In this document: one piece after another, positions 1 through 4,790 of the stretch
Numbering within the stretch: position 1 is the first letter of the stretch
Layout: every line of letters starts with the position of its first letter
NCBI GenBank assembly: GCA_018985225.1
Contig: JADGIF010000461.1
Location: 1 to 8,163, forward strand
DNA: 8,163 nucleotides
Reading direction: 5' to 3'
Source: Amoeboradix gromovi X-113
Lineage: Eukaryota; Fungi; Sanchytriomycota
Notes under the pieces: generated by a model
The model's input: only the letters and a program-made list of their open reading frames with translations
What the model was told of the DNA's origin: nothing
The model's database searches: none
Made by a program: the position numbers and the translations under genes

Positions 1-898
1 AAGCTTGATCATTCAACCAAATTTCTTTGTTTTTCAAATCAAAATATAAAAAGCTTTTATAACTGACACTGAACCACAAGGACGAGAGATAATGATGCAA
101 TAGCAGAATGAGTTGAACATTTGAATAGAAGTTGCCTCGGTAATGAATCAGATAGAGATGGATGTCGAGATAAATCAAATGTGGAAACCCGAAAGAACCA
201 CAGAAACATACCATAGGGAAGAATTGTCCAAAAGCACTTTCAAAATATGATTTAATTGTCATTGTTTTGTAATGATTACAAGCGTACTTGGAATCAATAA
301 ATGAGATGATTAAATATAAGAGATTTTAATACAAAGATGTTTTACTAACTAGCTATCCCGGTGACATTGGCTGTCATTGTTTAGAGTGGTTTATTGGATT
401 TCGCCTTCAATTGTATTAATAGCATTGCATGGTATCAATCCTTTTCGTTCTAGTGTGATAATTCTGGATTAGCTGTGCAGAAATTTTGATCAAGGCGCCG
501 GGTATGCAGGACACAGCCTAAGATCCAAGAACATATTTCTGCTAAGCATTGATAGATTGCAGCAAGTCTTATTTTTCTTCAAAGATACTTTTACGAGATC
601 TAGAACCCATTGAAATGGCATTTCAACAATTTCCGTTAGTAGATATCTCCTGAAACCAGACCACACTGACAAGAAAATTTATGAGTTTATAAAAGTACGA
701 ATCATTTCTATGAATAAACGTTTTGTCAGTTGTATTATAAAAAACTGTTTAACTCTTGCGGGATGCATTTTCGGGATTATTGCTAATTCGATTCTACATA
801 TCTTTTGTTGGATATGCCACAGCATTCTGTCCAAATACAATTCTAGTATACGAGCATAATCTGGATCTCTGTCTTTTGCTGAATCATTCAAAGTAAGT

Positions 899-1067
899 CT
901 CCTCGTTAAAAGTTTTAATTTCCGAGAGAATCGAGAATTTCCACAGAGAAACTGAAGTAGCCAGTCGCTCCGTTACAGTGATCACTAATACTACTACAAT
1001 CCTTAAGTGAAATTGTATAATGATACATATATTTCCAGTAAATATTCGTTGCTACCAGTTTATCTCT
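899..1067 (-). repeat. Dispersed repeat family R, copy 1 (inverted relative to copies 2 and 3)
   Basis: The reverse complement aligns without gaps to 3400-3568 (hand count about 113/169 identical; 64/82 in the outer part). Exact blocks include CACTGTAACGGAGC and ACTTTTAACGAGGAG. Confidence 0.9.
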
Positions 1068-1487
1068 CACTTCCAATGTATTAACAATTCAGATTTTAAA
1101 TAAGCCATCAGAAATTCACTGACTAGCCGTTGAAGAGACTCTTTCATGGGGTTGAAAGACCTCGGATAATCTTGAGGATGACTGTTCCCTGCGTTCATTA
1201 GCGACATCTTTTAATTTAGACAAATTCGTTAGAAGACTATAGCCATTTCAACTTGGTGGAAAGAGAGATCATGGGGGATTTCTGCTGTAAAAAAAGTACA
1301 TAAAGTGACCTTGTTGGAGAAATATAGCTTAGGTAATCACAGTAAATTCGGTATTCTATTAAAATCGATAGTAATTTCACAGTGGTAAAACAAGTTGAAT
1401 GGTGCCTTCCCGAGTTGCCAACATTCTAGGAAATTGTTTAGCTCAATATTTTGACAACTTTTATTTAACGCCCGTGATGAAAAGAGG

Positions 1488-1730
1488 ATGTTACATGAGA
1501 TAATATTGAACTTCGACACAAAACATGCAGTTGTATATGATAAAGTACTTCAATTAGATCCTGTACAAATAGGCAAGGTGGAAATAACAAGAGAAATATC
1601 TTCAAATTTAGAGGAATTGCAAATTGTATTTAAAAGTATAGATTTGAAGTTGTTGAGAACTGTCATTAACAGTTTGTTTGATTATATGATTCTTATAAAT
1701 GAGACGATAGTAATGCATGAGGATATGTAA
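1488..1730 (+). CDS. PCC1: Pcc1/LAGE3/CTAG-family KEOPS (EKC) complex subunit, 80 aa
   Basis: Size and motif pattern match the Pcc1 family: F.T..A.V..KVLQLD (cf. A.ia...L.vD), ITREI, LQIVFKSIDLKLLRTVINSLFDYMILINETI (cf. L.v.f.a.d.r.LR.s.nsf.d.l.l...t). ATG to TAA, with AGTAAA 2 nt after the stop. Recognised by eye, not by HMM. Confidence 0.82.
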   Translation: MLHEIILNFDTKHAVVYDKVLQLDPVQIGKVEITREISSNLEELQIVFKSIDLKLLRTVINSLFDYMILINETIVMHEDM

Positions 1731-1881
1731 CTAGTAAACGTTTCGATAGTACCATAACTTTCTTGTGTTTTTTACAGGCCAATTTGTCTAATTTGGTCCC
1801 ACGATCGTTAAGGTAAAATTGTATTACAAAAATCAGAAGAGTGATTTACATTATTAGATAAAATCTCTTGGCCATACGATA

Positions 1882-1887
1882 TTTATT
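1882..1887 (-). terminator. Putative poly(A) signal of RPS0
   Basis: AATAAA on the minus strand, 2 nt after the TAA stop. Confidence 0.6.
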
Positions 1888-1889
1888 GA

Positions 1890-2684
1890 TTACCAAGTTG
1901 GCGCTGCATTAGGATCCGCCCAGTCCTGGGGCTGTTCATTAGCCCAGTCTTGCGGTTGTTCTGCGGCCCAGTCCTGAGGTTGTTCTGCAGCCCATTGCCC
2001 TTCTTGTTGCCATTGATCTTCAGGCTTAGCAACTTCTTCAGCTGCGGCAATAACTTCCTGGTCTGGATCTCTGTATATGAACATATCAACCATGACATCC
2101 CATTCCTGGTTTCTAGGCAATGTACCGCGTAACTTCATCAATTCTCTAGCTAGCAACCAAAACATTAGACCAATAGAGCTTTTACCTTTAGTGTTGCAAG
2201 GAATAGCAATGTCAACATACTTTAATGGTACATCAGTATCGCAGAATGCAATGACTGGAATGTTTACATAAGAAGCCTCTTTAATTGCTTGAGAGTCAAC
2301 TAATGGGTCACAGACTACCAATACTTGTGGCTCTCTAAATGTACGTGTGATGTAATTGGTAAATGTTCCAGGTGTAAATCTACCAGCAACACTCTGCGCT
2401 CCAGTGTATTTTGCAAATTTATGAACAGCACGATGTCCATAATTCTTACCAGAGATAACACAAACATCTTCTGGGTTTTCAACTGTAGCTAGTACTCTAG
2501 CTGCCAAAATCAACTTTTCCCATGTTTTTTGGATATTCAATACATGGACACCGTCAGTTCTTCTTCCATAAACATACGGTTGCATATTGAAATTTAAATT
2601 TCTAGTCCCTAAATGCATATGAGCTGCCAAAATCTTTTGGATAGTGTCGCTATCTGCAGCTAACGCTTCAGGTACCTTTGCCAT
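1890..2684 (-). CDS. RPS0: 40S ribosomal protein uS2 (S0/SA), 264 aa, intronless
   Basis: Hallmark uS2/RPSA motifs: [96 protein letters not shown], and an acidic Trp-repeat tail. The ORF track starts at a TTG (2690); the first ATG is at 2684. TAA stop at 1890-1892. Confidence 0.98.
   Translation of the reverse strand: MAKVPEALAADSDTIQKILAAHMHLGTRNLNFNMQPYVYGRRTDGVHVLNIQKTWEKLILAARVLATVENPEDVCVISGKNYGHRAVHKFAKYTGAQSVAGRFTPGTFTNYITRTFREPQVLVVCDPLVDSQAIKEASYVNIPVIAFCDTDVPLKYVDIAIPCNTKGKSSIGLMFWLLARELMKLRGTLPRNQEWDVMVDMFIYRDPDQEVIAAAEEVAKPEDQWQQEGQWAAEQPQDWAAEQPQDWANEQPQDWADPNAAPTW
1918..1994 (-). repeat. 24-bp coding tandem repeat (3+ units, W-A-[AN]-E-Q-P-Q-D) in the RPS0 tail
   Basis: GCCCAGTC recurs at 1918, 1942 and 1966, and GCCCA at 1990. 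Units differ mostly at synonymous positions. Confidence 0.92.
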
Positions 2685-2724
2685 TTGCAAAATATAGACA
2701 CAAAAGATTTGGATATTTTATTAT

Positions 2725-2744
2725 CACGTGTTTTTACCCAATCA
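2725..2744. promoter_or_regulatory. Putative RPS0 promoter elements: E-box CACGTG and CCAATCA
   Basis: CACGTG at 2725-2730 and CCAATCA at 2738-2744, about 40-60 nt upstream of the RPS0 ATG. Short motif matches only. Confidence 0.35.
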
Positions 2745-2783
2745 CCGTAATTTCGGAATTAAAGAAAGTAACAATTCTAATTG

Positions 2784-3207
2784 AATAAACCATTATATTG
2801 ACTGCATGGCTCTTTTTGCTTCAACAGCTGCTCTTTATTATGTATGCAAAATTTAAGGGTATCAATAAGAGATATATAAGACACTTACTGAGAAACTGGT
2901 CCAAAATGAAACTGTTGTTCAAAAAATAGGGATGAACACTAGTGGAATTTAATGAAGCATTTAGTAGGCACAGCTATTGAATTTTGTAAAATAAACCATT
3001 TATCGAGAATCTGTATGTATTTTTATATAGTTGCATAACTTTTCTACATTTTTCAGCATCTTGAACACTCGATATTCTTCATTTTCACAAATAGTAAATG
3101 GAATCAATGGATGTCATCCTAAATATGTCAAATCTAAAGAAATAACTAATAGGTACAGATACGTTCATAAACTTTGAGAGAGCTGGTCCAAACATGAAAC
3201 AATTGTG
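2784..3207 (+). repeat. Degenerate direct duplication (units starting ~2784 and ~2990)
   Basis: AATAAACCATT at 2784 and 2990. CTGGTCCAAA(C)ATGAAAC..TTGT at 2896 and 3183, with collinear similarity upstream (TATG.AAA.T.AA.G). Confidence 0.65.
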
Positions 3208-3352
3208 TCTTTCAATGCCTAGAAATAAAAACGATAAATAAACTTGTAAGCTATTTATTTAATAATTCGTATGTGGTTGATCTTACCACATGTACAACAA
3301 CCAGATATCGTATAACCTATTATGCATGTACAAGCTGTAGCAATCGTAGAAA

Positions 3353-3568
3353 ACCAATTTGGAGAGCTACACTTGTACCAATTGTCATTCCGAGATAGTA
3401 GAGACCGTATAGCAGCAAGGAACAAATACATCAAGTGTATGCATCCATATTCAATCCCGCCTCAAGGTATTGAAAGCGTGAGCAGTCACTGTAACGGAGC
3501 ATCTAGCATTGCTAATTTCTCTGTAGAAATTATCGATTTTCTGGGAAATCGGGACTTTTAACGAGGAG
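3353..3568 (+). repeat. Dispersed repeat family R, copy 2 (overlaps ORF 3322-3561; possible pseudogene)
   Basis: 3400-3568 matches the reverse complement of 899-1067. 3353 onward also matches the tandem copy starting near 3594. Confidence 0.88.
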
Positions 3569-3593
3569 CGCAATTCTTGGTATTCTAAAGGAT

Positions 3594-3772
3594 ACCAATT
3601 GGAGATATGCACCTCTAAATGCTCTCATTTGAAAATTTGATGGAGTTAAAGTGTGCCTCTATTTAATCCCTTGGACTTATTGAGGTCTGAGTAACCACTG
3701 TAGCAGTTGAGCGGGAGATGGTCGTTTCTTTGGTAAAGCGCTTTTTAACTTAATAAATCCGACTTTTAATGA
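3594..3772 (+). repeat. Dispersed repeat family R, copy 3 (more diverged tandem copy with ~33-bp internal deletion)
   Basis: Collinear anchors with copy 2: ACCAATT(T)GGAGA..T.CAC, TCATT, AATCCC, CACTGTA and GACTTTTAA.GAG. The offset is 241 bp at the start and 208 bp at the end. Confidence 0.65.
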
Positions 3773-3777
3773 GTGTG

Positions 3778-3820
3778 CCAATCATTTCATGTTGCTCTCT
3801 AATTGGCATGAAATGATTGG
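3778..3820. repeat. Perfect 14-bp inverted repeat with a 15-nt spacer; each arm carries CCAATCA
   Basis: CCAATCATTTCATG (3778-3791) and CATGAAATGATTGG (3807-3820). Confidence 0.9.
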
Positions 3821-3869
3821 ATATTTTGAATGCAATAGCTATAAAACAAGCAATTCATCAATTTAATTA

Positions 3870-4190
3870 ATGTTCAGCTTATTTTCTGCGGTATTAAGTA
3901 TAGATTCCACAAGCTGTTTAAATGCTTGTCCTCTGGGAGATGTAAATTGCCAAGCCAAGTGCCTTGGAAATCCGTTTCCTGACGCTTCAGTAATAGCTAA
4001 AACAAATGAATGCTACAGATCGTGTGCTTCGGATGTTACCTGCATCCAGAAATGCGATTTCACTTACGTTACAGGGACTGATATGAGTGCTAATAGTACT
4101 AGTAGTGATGTTGAAAAGGTCGATTCAAAATCGTCTTCATCGATGATTACTACTTCTGCATTGATTTTAGCTGCGCTCTCAGCAATTTAA
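3870..4190 (+). CDS. Small secreted Cys-rich protein, probably GPI-anchored, 106 aa
   Basis: Short hydrophobic N-terminus (MFSLFSAVLS). Eight Cys in two CxxxC-x5/6-CxxxC modules (CLNACPLGDVNCQAKC; CYRSCASDVTCIQKC) joined by GNPFP..TNE. Ser/Thr-rich linker and a hydrophobic C-terminus (SSSS MITTSALILAALSAI). AATAAA overlaps the TAA stop. Confidence 0.8.
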   Translation: MFSLFSAVLSIDSTSCLNACPLGDVNCQAKCLGNPFPDASVIAKTNECYRSCASDVTCIQKCDFTYVTGTDMSANSTSSDVEKVDSKSSSSMITTSALILAALSAI

Positions 4191-4194
4191 TAAA
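4189..4194 (+). terminator. Putative poly(A) signal of the Cys-rich gene
   Basis: AATAAA overlapping the stop codon (TAATAAA). Confidence 0.55.
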
Positions 4195-4246
4195 TGTAAT
4201 TTAATCGCACTTTTGTACTATTGGGACACCAAATATAAAAACTAGA

Positions 4247-4591
4247 CTAACTCGTTTTTAAAGAAGGTGCACCATACTGAGGAATGCTATCATTAATAAA
4301 AGATCTTCTATTATACCAGTTTTCTTTCATTGATTGTATTCCTCTTTTCAAGATAAAACTAGAAGACCCTGCATCTCGTTCAAATATATGCGGTCTTTGA
4401 GCATCTAAGCAAAAGGTGCATTTTCTTAGACGGTACTCTTTTCTAGAGTCATTTAATGTTATACTAACATCATTACTCTTATCTATTCTAGTTTTTACAG
4501 GGTAATAGTGATATTTTATTTGAAATAAAGACTAAATGAAAGAGTAAGAAAATAGCTGTACAGAATATTTATTTTCCTTTATACTCGTCAT
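4247..4591 (-). CDS. Candidate hypothetical protein (104 aa), two exons 4591-4562 and 4531-4247, split by a 30-nt GT-AG intron
   Basis: ATG at 4591 opens MTSIKENKYS. The segment 4561-4532 (GTACAG...CTTAC.TCTTTCATTTAG) has GT, a YTNAY branch-like motif, a pyrimidine tract and TAG. Removing it joins in frame to 94 stop-free codons (SLFQIKYHYYPVKTRIDK...RKCTFCLDAQRPH...LKTS*). No homologue recognised. Confidence 0.4.
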
Positions 4592-4774
4592 CTCGGATAC
4601 AGTCAGTGCCCAATGCTTGGTTCAAATCTGAGCTAGCTAACCGGCTCGGCGGTACAGTTGGTCAAGTAAAAAAGACAAACAAGTGAATTTTTATAGATTA
4701 ACGCGATCTTCTAGATAGCCGCAGCAAAAATGATATAAGCTTGTTAAGCTGAGCGAGTCTCTTGCAAAATACGG

Positions 4775-4780
4775 TTTATT
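4775..4780 (-). terminator. Putative poly(A) signal of USO1
   Basis: AATAAA on the minus strand, 10 nt after the TAA stop. Confidence 0.55.
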
Positions 4781-4790
4781 CATTAACGTT

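Noticed and set aside
343-352. TACTAAC-TAG branch point and acceptor on the + strand
   Set aside because: All downstream frames close within about 22 codons and no coherent upstream exon was found.
699-712. U3 snoRNA box A-like ATCATTTCTAT
   Set aside because: No box A', B, C or D in the expected order, so probably a chance match.
490-1519. Short minus ORFs 490-672, 679-891 and 1337-1519
   Set aside because: Only 60-70 aa with no motifs. At least two start at TTG rather than ATG, and 1337-1519 overlaps PCC1 antisense.
1918-1994. CRISPR-like or transposon interpretation of the 24-bp repeats
   Set aside because: The units are contiguous in-frame coding repeats without spacers, in a eukaryotic ribosomal protein gene.
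1883-2271. ORFs 1883-2098 (-), 1950-2132 (+) and 2077-2271 (+)
   Set aside because: Alternate-frame or antisense shadows of RPS0 and its repeat tail.
899-3568. Intact autonomous DNA transposon
   Set aside because: No transposase, no target-site duplication, arms only ~67% identical, and the interior holds complete housekeeping genes.
4555-4591. SECIS-like ATGA...AAA on the minus strand
   Set aside because: The stem is too short, there is no 3' GA quartet, and it is not downstream of the TGA-containing frames.
4553-4665. tRNA or tRNA-Sec call from GGTTCAAATC / TTCAAA
   Set aside because: No D-arm or A-box, no convincing acceptor stem and no second TTC loop. Kept only as a low-score ncRNA lead.
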